A DNA stretch of 64,000 nt from Candidatus Omnitrophota bacterium (GTDB lineage: Bacteria; Omnitrophota; Gorgyraeia; JABMQH01), in the NCBI GenBank assembly GCA_028715645.1, contig JAQURK010000002.1:756-64755 (forward strand), written 5' to 3'. Within the stretch, counting starts at the first letter, position 1; the number at the start of each line of letters is the position of its first letter. The notes beneath the pieces were generated by a model. It saw nothing but the letters and a program-made list of their open reading frames with translations, did not search any database and had not been told where the DNA came from. A program made the translations under genes and the position numbers. Shown here in pieces: positions 10,218 through 20,138 of the stretch.

Positions 10218-11323
10218 TTCAGCAATGTTACTATAAATTCCTGCTGTTCCCGGGTCAATTCTGGATACATCGGTATCGCGAGCGTCTCTCTAGAGGCGCC
10301 TTCCGCCTCAGGGAAATCGCCTTTCTTATATCCCAAGTATTTAAAACATTCCTGGAGATGCAGGGGGATGGGATAATATGTCCTCGCGTCCACGCCGTTT
10401 TCGTTAAGCAGCCTTTCCGCGGTGTCTCTCTTTCTCTTATCCTTAAACCTTATGACGTATAAATGGTACGTATGGAATTTGCCCTTTGGGACAAAAGGAG
10501 TTATGATACCAAGGGGGCCCAATCTCTCGTCATAAAAAGCGGCCAGAGACTGCCTTTTTGCATTCCATTCGTCAATGTATTTCAGCTTCACCCTTAGGAT
10601 AGCCGCCTGGATGGTATCCATGCGGCTATTGTGGCCGATAACCGTATGCCGGTACCTTATCTTATTCCCCTGATTGCGGTAGATCTTTAAGGTATCGACG
10701 CACCGCGCGTCATCCGTTAAAACCATGCCCGCGTCGCCATAGGCGCCAAGGTTCTTTCCGGGATAAAAACTGAAGCAGCCCGCGTCGCCCATTGAACCCG
10801 CCTTTTTGCCGTTAAAGGCCGCTCCGAATGCCTGCGCCGCGTCCTCAACAACCTTTATATTATATTTCTTCGCTATTTTTAAAATTTCTCCCATGTCGGC
10901 CATTTGGCCATAGAGATGCACGGGAATCACCGCCTTGACCCTAGATCCTGCACTCTTGACCTTTAATAATTTCTCGAGTCCCTCTGGCGAAATATTATAC
11001 GTCCGGCGGTCCATATCGCAAAAAACCGGTCTTGCCCCGCACCTTGCTATGGCCCCGGCCGTCGCGAAATAAGTAAACGCGCATGTTATAACTTCGTCGC
11101 CTTCCTTTACCCCAAGGGCCTTAAGCGCAAGTAATATGGCATCTGTCCCGTTCGCTACCGCACAGGCATATTTTTTGCCGGCATATCTTGCGACCTCTTC
11201 CTCAAATTTATTTACGTCTTCTCCAAGTATAAACTGGCAGCTGTCAAGGGCGTCTTCTACCGCGCGCATTATTTCTTTTTTTACGCCGAGATACTGCCCT
11301 TTTAAATCAACTATCGGTATCAT
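10214..11323 (-). CDS. DegT/DnrJ/EryC1/StrS-family PLP-dependent sugar aminotransferase (FdtB/WecE-like)
   Basis: 369 aa. Conserved family motifs including the PLP-lysine region. Confidence 0.85.
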   Translation of the reverse strand: MIPIVDLKGQYLGVKKEIMRAVEDALDSCQFILGEDVNKFEEEVARYAGKKYACAVANGTDAILLALKALGVKEGDEVITCAFTYFATAGAIARCGARPVFCDMDRRTYNISPEGLEKLLKVKSAGSRVKAVIPVHLYGQMADMGEILKIAKKYNIKVVEDAAQAFGAAFNGKKAGSMGDAGCFSFYPGKNLGAYGDAGMVLTDDARCVDTLKIYRNQGNKIRYRHTVIGHNSRMDTIQAAILRVKLKYIDEWNAKRQSLAAFYDERLGPLGIITPFVPKGKFHTYHLYVIRFKDKRKRDTAERLLNENGVDARTYYPIPLHLQECFKYLGYKKGDFPEAEGASRETLAIPMYPELTREQQEFIVTLLK

Positions 11324-12051
11324 TTCAAGCCCTTTAGATTCTTATTGGCCACCAGCATATTCGCCCGCAAGAGAGAATCAAACGTCCCCGAATCCGTCCA
11401 CCAGCCGTCAAGTATATCATAGGTCATCAGCCGCATCTGAATATAGGCGTTATTAACGTCTGTTATCTCCAATTCACCCCGGCCTGAAGGTTTTAGTTTT
11501 TTAACGATATCAAAAACCCTTTTGTCATACATATAAATGCCGGTTACCACATAGTCGGATTTTGGTCTTTTCGGTTTTTCCTCTATGGAAATGACCTTTT
11601 TATTCCTGATTTCCGCTACGCCGAAGCGCCCGGGGTCGTTAACCTTCTTTAGGAGGATCCTCGCGCCCTCTTTTTGAGACTGGAATCTCTCAACTTGTTT
11701 TTTTATGCTTTTTTCAATGATATTGTCGCCAAGCATTACAACTATCTTTTGCCCGTCGGAAAAATGTTCGGCCAATTTTAAGGCCTCCGCGATACCCCCT
11801 TCGCCTTCCTGATAGGTATAATTTATGTGCTTCAGCCCGAAATCGCCTCCATTGCCGAGCAGTCTTAAAAATTCGCCCGCGTGATTGCCGCCTGTAACCA
11901 CAAGGATATCCTTTATGCCGGCATCCACCAGCGTTTGCAATGGATAATAGATCATCGGTTTGTCGTAGATGGGAAGCAGATGTTTATTGGTGATCTTTGT
12001 GAGGGGGTAAAGCCTCTTGCCCAATCCTCCAGCCAGGATTATGCCCTTCAT
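11320..12051 (-). CDS. Sugar-1-phosphate nucleotidyltransferase (short-form glucose-1-phosphate thymidylyltransferase-like)
   Basis: MKGIILAGGLGKRLYPLT...N-terminal signature. 243 aa. Confidence 0.75.
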   Translation of the reverse strand: MKGIILAGGLGKRLYPLTKITNKHLLPIYDKPMIYYPLQTLVDAGIKDILVVTGGNHAGEFLRLLGNGGDFGLKHINYTYQEGEGGIAEALKLAEHFSDGQKIVVMLGDNIIEKSIKKQVERFQSQKEGARILLKKVNDPGRFGVAEIRNKKVISIEEKPKRPKSDYVVTGIYMYDKRVFDIVKKLKPSGRGELEITDVNNAYIQMRLMTYDILDGWWTDSGTFDSLLRANMLVANKNLKGLK

Positions 12052-12054
12052 CTA

Positions 12055-12534
12055 TCATCTCTCCTTGTTTTTCGGGCGGAGCCTGTCCCAGTCATAATAC
12101 TCGTTTTTTACCCTGAACTCATCCGGCTCTTCCCTGTTATATTCCCGGTCTATGCAATTAATGATAAAGGCCTCGCCTTTCAGGCTTTTGAACGCATGGA
12201 GAACGCCTTTGGGTATGGTAATAAAACAGAAATTCTCATCGCCTATCTCAAATTCGTTTATCGAGCCTTTTGTTTCGCTGTCTTCCCTGGTATCGATTAA
12301 AACGAGCTTGATTGAGCCCTTTACGCAGCAGAAAAAATCCGTCTGTTTTTTATGCATATGAAAACTGTCCTTGTCCTTTACGACCCCTTCATATGCGGTG
12401 GTCAGGTATACCTGATTTGGCGGGCAATGAGTCTCAGAGACACGCAATATCTCCATTAATCGGCCGCGTTTATCCGATAATACTTTTAGCTTCTTTACCT
12501 TTACGCCGTCTATCATGACGACCGCCCCATACAC
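12055..12534 (-). CDS. Cupin-type nucleotide-sugar isomerase/epimerase (FdtA/WxcM 3,4-ketoisomerase-like or RmlC-like)
   Basis: 159-aa cupin with His motifs. Clustered with RmlA/RmlB and a DegT aminotransferase, which fits a dTDP-3-amino-3,6-dideoxyhexose route. Confidence 0.5.
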   Translation of the reverse strand: MYGAVVMIDGVKVKKLKVLSDKRGRLMEILRVSETHCPPNQVYLTTAYEGVVKDKDSFHMHKKQTDFFCCVKGSIKLVLIDTREDSETKGSINEFEIGDENFCFITIPKGVLHAFKSLKGEAFIINCIDREYNREEPDEFRVKNEYYDWDRLRPKNKER

Positions 12535-13814
12535 ACGTATTTAAAACCGAGTTTTTTCATCGCGGCGGGCTCATACATGTTCCTGCCGTCAATAATAAGA
12601 GGCTGTTTTAACAAGCCCTTTATTTTTTTCAAATCAAGTTCTTTAAACTCGTTCCATTCCGTTATGATTACAAGGCAATCAGCCGAATCCGCCGCCTCAT
12701 AAGGGCCATTGCAAAATTTTACGCCGCGCAAGACTGACTTTGCCTTTTTCATCGCCTGCGGGTCAAATACCTTGAGCTTGGCGCCCGCCTTTACCAGCGA
12801 GCCGATGATATCCAGTGACGGGGCAAATCTTATATCATCCGTATCGGGCTTAAATGAAAGGCCGAGGATACCTATGGTCTTTCCCTTGACGATCCAGAGA
12901 TTTTCCTCTATTTTTTTCACCAAGAGCCTTTTTTGCGCCTCGTTTATCTTTTCCACCTCTTTAAGCAGGCCGAAATCATAACCGAGTTTTTCCGAGATCC
13001 TGATAAAGGCGGCGAGGTCCTTTGGAAAGCAAAAACCGCCGAATCCCGCGCCGGCGTTTAAGAAACTCTTGCCGATCCTCTTATCAAGGCCCATCCCTAA
13101 AGCGACGTTTTTGACGTCCGCGCCGGCCCTTTCACAGATGTTACTAATGGCATTTATGAAAGAGATCTTCGCGGCCAGGAATGAGTTTGAGGCGTGTTTT
13201 ATAATTTCGGCGCTCTTGATATCGGTGACAACGATGGGCGCGTTAAGCGGCCTGTAAAGTTCCGACAAGAGTTCCTTTGCCTTTTTTGATTCGACCCCGA
13301 GGACGACCCTGTCCGGATGCATGAAATCCTCTATGGCGGAGCCCTCACGCAAAAACTCGGGATTTGACGCGACATCAAAATCGACCTTATGCTTGTTATT
13401 TATTTTAACCGTATGCCTTACCCATTCGCCTGTCTCTACGGGGACAGTGCTCTTTTCAACTATCAGCTTATAAGACGTCATGCACCTGGCGATCTCGCTG
13501 GCAACATCTTCCACAAAAGTCAGGTCCGCTTCGCCGTTATCCCTCGGCGGCGTCCCGACCGCTATAAAAATTATTGAAGACTTCTTGACCCCTTCCTTAA
13601 GGTCGGTCGTAAAACTTATCCTGCCCTTTTTCTGGCTGTTTTTTACGAGCTCGGCCAATCCCGGTTCATATATGGGGATTATGCCCTTCTTTAAATTTTT
13701 TATCTTTTCCTTGTCCACATCTACGCAGACAACCTTATTACCCAGGTCTGAGAAGCATGCGCCTGTAACAAGCCCTACATACCCGGTTCCTATCACGCAA
13801 ATATTCATACTCAA
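12513..13814 (-). CDS. ugd: UDP-glucose 6-dehydrogenase
   Basis: MNICVIGTGYVGLVTGACFSDLGNKV...GGFCFPKD catalytic Cys motif. 433 aa. Confidence 0.85.
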   Translation of the reverse strand: MSMNICVIGTGYVGLVTGACFSDLGNKVVCVDVDKEKIKNLKKGIIPIYEPGLAELVKNSQKKGRISFTTDLKEGVKKSSIIFIAVGTPPRDNGEADLTFVEDVASEIARCMTSYKLIVEKSTVPVETGEWVRHTVKINNKHKVDFDVASNPEFLREGSAIEDFMHPDRVVLGVESKKAKELLSELYRPLNAPIVVTDIKSAEIIKHASNSFLAAKISFINAISNICERAGADVKNVALGMGLDKRIGKSFLNAGAGFGGFCFPKDLAAFIRISEKLGYDFGLLKEVEKINEAQKRLLVKKIEENLWIVKGKTIGILGLSFKPDTDDIRFAPSLDIIGSLVKAGAKLKVFDPQAMKKAKSVLRGVKFCNGPYEAADSADCLVIITEWNEFKELDLKKIKGLLKQPLIIDGRNMYEPAAMKKLGFKYVCMGRSS

Positions 13815-13875
13815 TCCTCTCCTTAGTTATTGAATCAAAATTATATCACAGCATACCGGTCAATTTCCAATAAAA

Positions 13876-15990
13876 TCAACTGCCGCTGCCGGTCCTGGGC
13901 CCATAATAGCTTGCCCCCAGTTTAAGCGGCAATTCGGGGAAGGCCTTAAGGCGGAATATAACCCATAAAGTATTGGCTTCACCGACCGAATAAGTGACCT
14001 CCATCTCCCAGCAATGAAGGTCTCGGGTCACTGAATATTCCTGCGCCTTCATCTCATTTCCCTTGAACTCATACCTCTCATAAACCCTGATCTTCCATCT
14101 GGGGGTAAGCCTTGTCTCAAGTTCTGTGGTCAGCTGTGAGCTGTCGCCCTCTTCATATATGTGTCCCGCCCCGATCCGCCAGTTATCCTTGGGATCATGC
14201 GCGGTAAGATCCGTCTTTAAGGATTTAAGGTCATTCCATTTAAGGTCATACAACGCGGTCTGTTTTAAAAAAAGCCAGTTATAAGGCCGTATCTCAAGAT
14301 CGGAGGCCAAATTTGTGAAACTGCTGTCCTGCTCCTTTCTTAAGAGATAATCGGTTTCAACCACCCATCTTAAAAGCTCCGCGGCGACAAGGGAGTCGTT
14401 TTCAAGCCTTTTGGTCTGCAGCTTATTCTCAAACGAAATGCCGATGCCGTTTCTTGAGTCCACCTTGTCGGTTTCGTCGAACTCAAACAGGTCCTGCGGC
14501 AGGAGGGTCGGTTTGCTTACATAAAAATAACTAAGGGTCGGCATGAATATATGGCGCAGGCCCTCTATGTCCAGGTTCATGAAATTTGTCCGGTAATCGT
14601 AGATCCTGTAAAAATTAGTGCTTAGATCGGCGCCCGAATACAATGCCCCTCTGAACCGCTCCTTGTCCGTTGAAGCCTCCCTCGTGTACAAAGTTTCTCT
14701 CGCAGCGATATAAGGGTCGACGCTTAAAAAATCCATGAACCTGAACGGCAGCGAGGCCTGGTTGTATGTATCGGCCCTTACAACGTTATTATCCTCGCCG
14801 GAATCCGCGTCCTTTTTATTAAGATTTACGACATCGAAATCCCCTTTATAAAAAAACGGCAGCCCTTCTAACAAGCGCTGATTTTTGATATTTAATTCAG
14901 CTTCGGGCAGGCGCTCGGTCTCCGTAAAAAACCGGTTTACCCTTTTTTCGGCAGTGAGGGTTGCGGCATAATTTGGGCGGGTATGGATAACGGAAACAAG
15001 GCTTTTAGGCTCGGGTTCCCTTTCGAATTCCTCCCTGTAAAAAAAATCTTTTGTAAAACTTATGTCGCTCATTCTGTGGTATTCCAATATTGCCGTGGTA
15101 TCGGGCCGCATTTCCCACTTATGCCTGTACATGACGCGCCAGCGGTCCGTATTGCTGTGCCTGACCTTGTCCCTTTCATCTATAAAATAGGTCCTGAGAT
15201 ATCCCTTTCCGATTGCCTTATTTTTATAACTGTAGTCTACGCCTTCACCGACTCCTTTATTTTGACGGTAATCGAGATGCAGGTTTCCTTTTACGTCGTC
15301 GCTGAGGTTGTACCTGTAAGATGATAATAGATAACTTCCCCACACCTTGTCACGGCCCGGCACAAGGCTTATCTTGGGGAACTTCTCTTTCATGGGCTGG
15401 CTATAGACAGGCAGATATAAAATGGGGACGCCTCCTACATCAAAGGTTACATTTTTAGCGACGACCCTCTTGCCAAGGAATATCTTTACCTGCCTTGAAC
15501 GGATCCTGTAATGAGGTTTGGGCAGATCGCAGGTGGTAATATAGCCGTTTTTTATGTCTATCTCATCAGGGCTTACCTTATTGAGTTCATCGCCGCCGGC
15601 ATACCAGACACCGGCCGTTGCGACCCCTTTTAAGATCACCCCTGTCTCATTCTCAAAATTATACCTGATGCTCTCCCCCTTAAGCACCTCATCGCCTCTG
15701 GTGATAACAACGTCTCCTTCGGCTATCGCATCCTTGGAATCTAAGAAGGCGGTAACCTGTTTGCAGGTCATTCGAATATCCTTGTATTTGACTATAACGT
15801 TCCCTTTACCTACTACTTTTTTTTCGGTATCGAAGTACTCAACCTGGTCACCGTTGACTTCCACGGGTAGCGTCCCGATGTCTGTATCAGATGCGGCATA
15901 AACAAGGGTCGATAGTCTATGGTCTATGGTCAATAGTCCGAAAAATAAAAAAACTGCCGAAAATAAATTTATCTTATGAAAAATTTTCAT
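13876..15990 (-). CDS. lptD: LPS-assembly outer-membrane protein LptD (OstA family)
   Basis: Signal peptide, N-terminal OstA-like domain, and a long C-terminal beta-barrel region with alternating aromatic residues. 704 aa. Confidence 0.7.
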   Translation of the reverse strand: MKIFHKINLFSAVFLFFGLLTIDHRLSTLVYAASDTDIGTLPVEVNGDQVEYFDTEKKVVGKGNVIVKYKDIRMTCKQVTAFLDSKDAIAEGDVVITRGDEVLKGESIRYNFENETGVILKGVATAGVWYAGGDELNKVSPDEIDIKNGYITTCDLPKPHYRIRSRQVKIFLGKRVVAKNVTFDVGGVPILYLPVYSQPMKEKFPKISLVPGRDKVWGSYLLSSYRYNLSDDVKGNLHLDYRQNKGVGEGVDYSYKNKAIGKGYLRTYFIDERDKVRHSNTDRWRVMYRHKWEMRPDTTAILEYHRMSDISFTKDFFYREEFEREPEPKSLVSVIHTRPNYAATLTAEKRVNRFFTETERLPEAELNIKNQRLLEGLPFFYKGDFDVVNLNKKDADSGEDNNVVRADTYNQASLPFRFMDFLSVDPYIAARETLYTREASTDKERFRGALYSGADLSTNFYRIYDYRTNFMNLDIEGLRHIFMPTLSYFYVSKPTLLPQDLFEFDETDKVDSRNGIGISFENKLQTKRLENDSLVAAELLRWVVETDYLLRKEQDSSFTNLASDLEIRPYNWLFLKQTALYDLKWNDLKSLKTDLTAHDPKDNWRIGAGHIYEEGDSSQLTTELETRLTPRWKIRVYERYEFKGNEMKAQEYSVTRDLHCWEMEVTYSVGEANTLWVIFRLKAFPELPLKLGASYYGPRTGSGS

Positions 15991-16952
15991 TTACCCTTTA
16001 GTCGCACAAGTACAGCGGCGCCGATCAAGCCCGCATCCTGACCTAGTTTTGCCTTCACAATCTTCGCGCAATCTGCCGGCAACCTCATGGCCCTTTGCTT
16101 GACGGTCTTTCTTATCGCTTCAAATAAAATCTTACCCGCATCCGCAATTCCGCCTCCGACAATAATCCTTTCAGGATTTAATAAATTTATCACGCCTGCT
16201 ACGGTTACGCCCAGATGACCGCCTATCTCTTCCCAGACTGAGGCGGCAAGCCTGTCGCCTTTTTTTTCGGCCATTGAAATAATCTCCGGCGTTATCTTTT
16301 TAAGGTCGCCGTTGACAAGGCCTGTAACGGCGGTTTTTTTACCTTCCTTTATTTTTCTGATAGCGACCTCAACTATGTACTTATTACCTACATATTTTTC
16401 CATACAGCCAAAACCGCCGCAGTTACAATTTGGACCTTTTTCATTTAAGGGCATATGGCCTATCTCACCGGCCGAAAGGGTGCTGCCTCTGTACAGCCTG
16501 CCATCAATGACAATGCCGCCGCCAACGCCGGTGCCAAGGGTAATGCATACCATGTTCTTCGCCCCTCGCCCTGCTCCGTGATGAAGTTCTCCGAGAGTCA
16601 TCACATTCACATCATTGTCAATAAAAACACTCATGCCGGTGGTTTTTTCAACAAGGTCTTTGAGCGGGACTTCTTTAAAACCTTTTATGTTAACGAGTTG
16701 ATGTATGATCCCCCTTTTTGAGTCAATAAGGCCCGGCGCCCCTATTCCTATGCCGAGTATATCCTGTTTCCTGAGACCGGCTTCTTTCATAATTTCAAGG
16801 CAGGCATTAGACAGGGCGCTTATCAGCGATGTCTTGCCTTTGTAGGCCCTTGTTGAAAGGTTGGACTTCTTCACTATCCTGTTCTCATCCTTAACAAGAG
16901 CGATTTTTATATTGGTCCCTCCCAGATCCGCCGCAATGACATATCTTTTCAT
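15987..16952 (-). CDS. ROK-family sugar kinase (glucokinase/N-acetylglucosamine kinase-like)
   Basis: ADLGGTNIKIALV N-terminal ATP motif, CxCGxxGC zinc motif, 321 aa. Confidence 0.8.
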   Translation of the reverse strand: MKRYVIAADLGGTNIKIALVKDENRIVKKSNLSTRAYKGKTSLISALSNACLEIMKEAGLRKQDILGIGIGAPGLIDSKRGIIHQLVNIKGFKEVPLKDLVEKTTGMSVFIDNDVNVMTLGELHHGAGRGAKNMVCITLGTGVGGGIVIDGRLYRGSTLSAGEIGHMPLNEKGPNCNCGGFGCMEKYVGNKYIVEVAIRKIKEGKKTAVTGLVNGDLKKITPEIISMAEKKGDRLAASVWEEIGGHLGVTVAGVINLLNPERIIVGGGIADAGKILFEAIRKTVKQRAMRLPADCAKIVKAKLGQDAGLIGAAVLVRLKGK

Positions 16953-17650
16953 GTTTCTACCCTGTTTCTCCCTTTTGTCTTTGCCCTGTACAGCGCCTCA
17001 TCCGCCATTTTTATAAAGTTCTCTTTCGTAAAATCAGTACTAAAGCCGTCAAAAAAACCGGCGCCCACGCTGAGCGTAACCTTCCTGTCGCCTCTGACTT
17101 TCATCTCTTCCGCCTTTTTCCTCAACCTTTCCGCCAGGGCAAGGGCATTTTCCTTTTTTATCTCCGGCATGATCACCGCAAACTCCTCGCCGCCGTACCT
17201 TGCGATGATATCGATCTTCCTGCAGGAGACCTTGAACATCCTTGCCAGTTCTATGAGGATGGCATCGCCCGCCTGATGGCCGAAACTGTCATTATAATTT
17301 TTAAAACGGTCAATATCAAGCATAAGTAATGAAAGCGGCCTGAGGTATCTTTTTGACCGCTCTATCTCCTCTCCAAGCCTCCTCATCAGATACTTGTGAT
17401 CGTAAAGGCCGGTGAGACTGTCCGTTATGGAAAGAAAATTGCTTATCTGCTTTTCAATCGCCTTATTGAACCGCGCCAGTATCGACAAGACAATCACGAT
17501 CGCCGCGCCCGAGGCGCAGGAAGCGGTAAGATAATCAAGGGAAAAAAGCTTCTGCGCGGCCTTCGTGGCTAAACTTTGCGATAAAAGGACAGCGCCCATA
17601 AAAAAAGCCATTAAAAAAATGAATTTTTTCATGCCTATGCTTACTGCCAT
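16949..17650 (-). CDS. Membrane-anchored GGDEF diguanylate cyclase
   Basis: Two N-terminal TM helices. The GGDEF domain has an intact RYGGEEF active site. Confidence 0.85.
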   Translation of the reverse strand: MAVSIGMKKFIFLMAFFMGAVLLSQSLATKAAQKLFSLDYLTASCASGAAIVIVLSILARFNKAIEKQISNFLSITDSLTGLYDHKYLMRRLGEEIERSKRYLRPLSLLMLDIDRFKNYNDSFGHQAGDAILIELARMFKVSCRKIDIIARYGGEEFAVIMPEIKKENALALAERLRKKAEEMKVRGDRKVTLSVGAGFFDGFSTDFTKENFIKMADEALYRAKTKGRNRVET

Positions 17651-18708
17651 CGCCCCTCCCCCGAAAACTGGATAACCTTGTTCCTGCCCATTGTCTTTGC
17701 CGCGTACAAGGCCTTATCCGCGGATTCCATTAACTCGGCAATTGTCTTCGCGTTATCCGGAAAAGTTGAAACCCCTATGCTTATCGTTATCTTAAGGGAC
17801 TCATTATAGATCATGAAATTCTGCCTGGCAACGGCCTCTCTCAGCCTCTCCGCCGCAAGCACCGCGCCGGCCTTATCCGTTTCAGGCAGGAGTATGGAAA
17901 ATTCTTCGCCTCCATACCTGCCGATGAGGTCTATCTCTCGAATGTTTTGTTTCAATACCCTTGCGACCTCTTTTAAGACCATATCGCCGAAAAGGTGGCC
18001 AAACCTGTCATTGCAGTCCTTGAAATGATCAAGGTCGACCATAAGATATGAAAGCCTGAACTTGCTTTTAAAGGAACGCTCAAATTCTTCCGCAAGCATT
18101 CCGATGAAATACCTCCTCACAAAGATGCCTGTTACCCCGTCGGTTATAGCGAGCTCCTGGATCTCTTTGTAAAGCCGCGCCTTATCTATCTGGAGGCTAA
18201 ACTGCCTGGCCACTATCAGGAATTTATCGACCGCTACCTCCTCCAGCCCTTCCACATCCACCGCGCCGATCGCCTGATTTCTGCTTTTAAGAGGAACGCG
18301 AAAATCCGCGGCGCTCATGCCTCCGCCCGCATTCTTTACCTCATAGACCTTTTCCTGAGCTTTCGTCCCGCTGCCGGAAAGAGACAGCCTGCAGGTCCGG
18401 AACCTGAAGTTCTTTTTTATGAATTCGCTGAATATCCTGAAGATATCCTCAAATAAAAGGGCTTGAGACATATTTTTTGTTATTTCATAAAGTCCTGATA
18501 TCTCGGAGATCCTTTCCTCAAGGGCCTTGTGGCGCGCAATAAGACCTTTGTTTTTTTCCTCAAGGTTTCGCAGTATTTTTTCAGAATCCGCTACTTCCTC
18601 CGTAAAAGACCTCTTTCTGTCAATGAGCGCTTTACCCAACACGACAAATACCACGGGGGCTGCGCAATACGCCGCAAGCGCGGGAACAATCAGATAGAAC
18701 CCGGCCAT
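17641..18708 (-). CDS. GGDEF diguanylate cyclase with N-terminal TM helix, coiled coil and GAF-like sensor region
   Basis: 355 aa with RYGGEEF motif. Overlaps its neighbours by a few nt, which suggests operon organisation. Confidence 0.85.
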   Translation of the reverse strand: MAGFYLIVPALAAYCAAPVVFVVLGKALIDRKRSFTEEVADSEKILRNLEEKNKGLIARHKALEERISEISGLYEITKNMSQALLFEDIFRIFSEFIKKNFRFRTCRLSLSGSGTKAQEKVYEVKNAGGGMSAADFRVPLKSRNQAIGAVDVEGLEEVAVDKFLIVARQFSLQIDKARLYKEIQELAITDGVTGIFVRRYFIGMLAEEFERSFKSKFRLSYLMVDLDHFKDCNDRFGHLFGDMVLKEVARVLKQNIREIDLIGRYGGEEFSILLPETDKAGAVLAAERLREAVARQNFMIYNESLKITISIGVSTFPDNAKTIAELMESADKALYAAKTMGRNKVIQFSGEGRWQ

Positions 18709-20138
18709 GTCCTGTTCCTGCCTGATTCTTTTGCCTTATATAAATTGCTATCGGCGGTTTTTAACAGCTTCTCAGCGGTAGTCCCGTCTTCCGGGAAAGA
18801 AGATATTCCTATGGAAACCGTCAGTTTTACCTCGTCCCTTCTTAGCGTAAAAAGTGTTTTTTCAAGCCCCTTTCTTATATCCTCGGAAATCTTCATTGCG
18901 GCTTTTTTATCTGCCTTGGGAAGGATCATGGCGAATTCTTCGCCGCCGTATCTCGCGATAACATGGCCTTCGCCGGCCAGGGCCCTAATGGCCTGGGCGA
19001 GTTTTATGAGCAGCAGGTCGCCTGCGGCATGGCCGTATTTATCATTATAACCCTTGAAATAATCTACATCTATCATGGCAACCGAAAATCTGCCGGCTTG
19101 CGCCCCCGCATTTCCTACCTTCAGCTCGAGCGCCTCCTTAAAATATCTCTGCACATAAAAACCGGTAAGGCCATCGGTGATCGCGAGCTCGTTTGTCCTT
19201 TCGTAAAGCATGGAGTTTTCGATGGAAACGGCGGCAAGGTCAGAAATGATATCAAGGAGCCTAAGATCGTCCTGGGTATAGGCGCCCTTCGCCATGGAAT
19301 CCATCCTGAGCACGCCCATTACCTTTTTCTCGCTCATTAACGGAACGCCTATGATGGATTTATATTGCCGGTCCGCGGGATCGGCAAGGGCCTCAATGGA
19401 AAACCTGAAATCGTTATCGAGGTCCTGTATTATAAGCGATTTCCTGTGTTTTAATATCCAGCTGTCGAAAGTCGTCAACCTTTGCTGTTTTTGGCCGCTT
19501 AAAAATAAAAACACCCTGTCTGAGCCTATGATCTTAAACGCCTTTGAGGTCACAAGTTTTATCGTCTCATCCAGGTTAAGGGTAGAGCTCAGCGCCTCTG
19601 TTATGTCTTTAAGCGCGGCGTACCCTTTAAACCTTTTTTCCGCGAACTCCATATCCTTTTCTTTTTTTGAGATCTTGAGGGCAAGGCTGTTTTCCTCAAC
19701 TTCCAGGACCTCAAGCATCGCAAGCGAACGGTTTCTGAAGGCGTTTAAACGCGAAAGGATTTTATATCCGGCAAAAGCGGCAATGCAGAATAAAGGAACA
19801 TAGATATTGTAGTCAAAAACGCCGTATCGAAGGAGGGTCATAAGAACAAAAAAACAGGAAAAAATAAGGATAAGCACGCCGCCTAACTGCCCCAGACAGA
19901 GCCAACTTATTAAATTGAGAGGGATAAACAAGGAGAGGTAAAGGACTATTACATTTCTATACTCCGCGGAAGACACCCTTAACCCCGGTGAAATGGCGCT
20001 CAACAGGCAATATACGATAATAAAAACAACTACTGTGCCTGTACCGGTAAAAAATATGGTCTTGGACGATTTTCTGTTATACAATTGTCCTGCCGGTATC
20101 TTTATCAAAAAAGTGGGCCTTTGACATGTCAAAAACAA
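18690..20138 (-). CDS. Polytopic membrane GAF-GGDEF diguanylate cyclase
   Basis: 482 aa with a multi-TM N-terminus, a GAF-like middle region, and RYGGEEF. The annotated 5' end overlaps the upstream gene by 62 nt, so the true start may be an internal Met. Confidence 0.8.
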   Translation of the reverse strand: MFLTCQRPTFLIKIPAGQLYNRKSSKTIFFTGTGTVVVFIIVYCLLSAISPGLRVSSAEYRNVIVLYLSLFIPLNLISWLCLGQLGGVLILIFSCFFVLMTLLRYGVFDYNIYVPLFCIAAFAGYKILSRLNAFRNRSLAMLEVLEVEENSLALKISKKEKDMEFAEKRFKGYAALKDITEALSSTLNLDETIKLVTSKAFKIIGSDRVFLFLSGQKQQRLTTFDSWILKHRKSLIIQDLDNDFRFSIEALADPADRQYKSIIGVPLMSEKKVMGVLRMDSMAKGAYTQDDLRLLDIISDLAAVSIENSMLYERTNELAITDGLTGFYVQRYFKEALELKVGNAGAQAGRFSVAMIDVDYFKGYNDKYGHAAGDLLLIKLAQAIRALAGEGHVIARYGGEEFAMILPKADKKAAMKISEDIRKGLEKTLFTLRRDEVKLTVSIGISSFPEDGTTAEKLLKTADSNLYKAKESGRNRTWPGSI

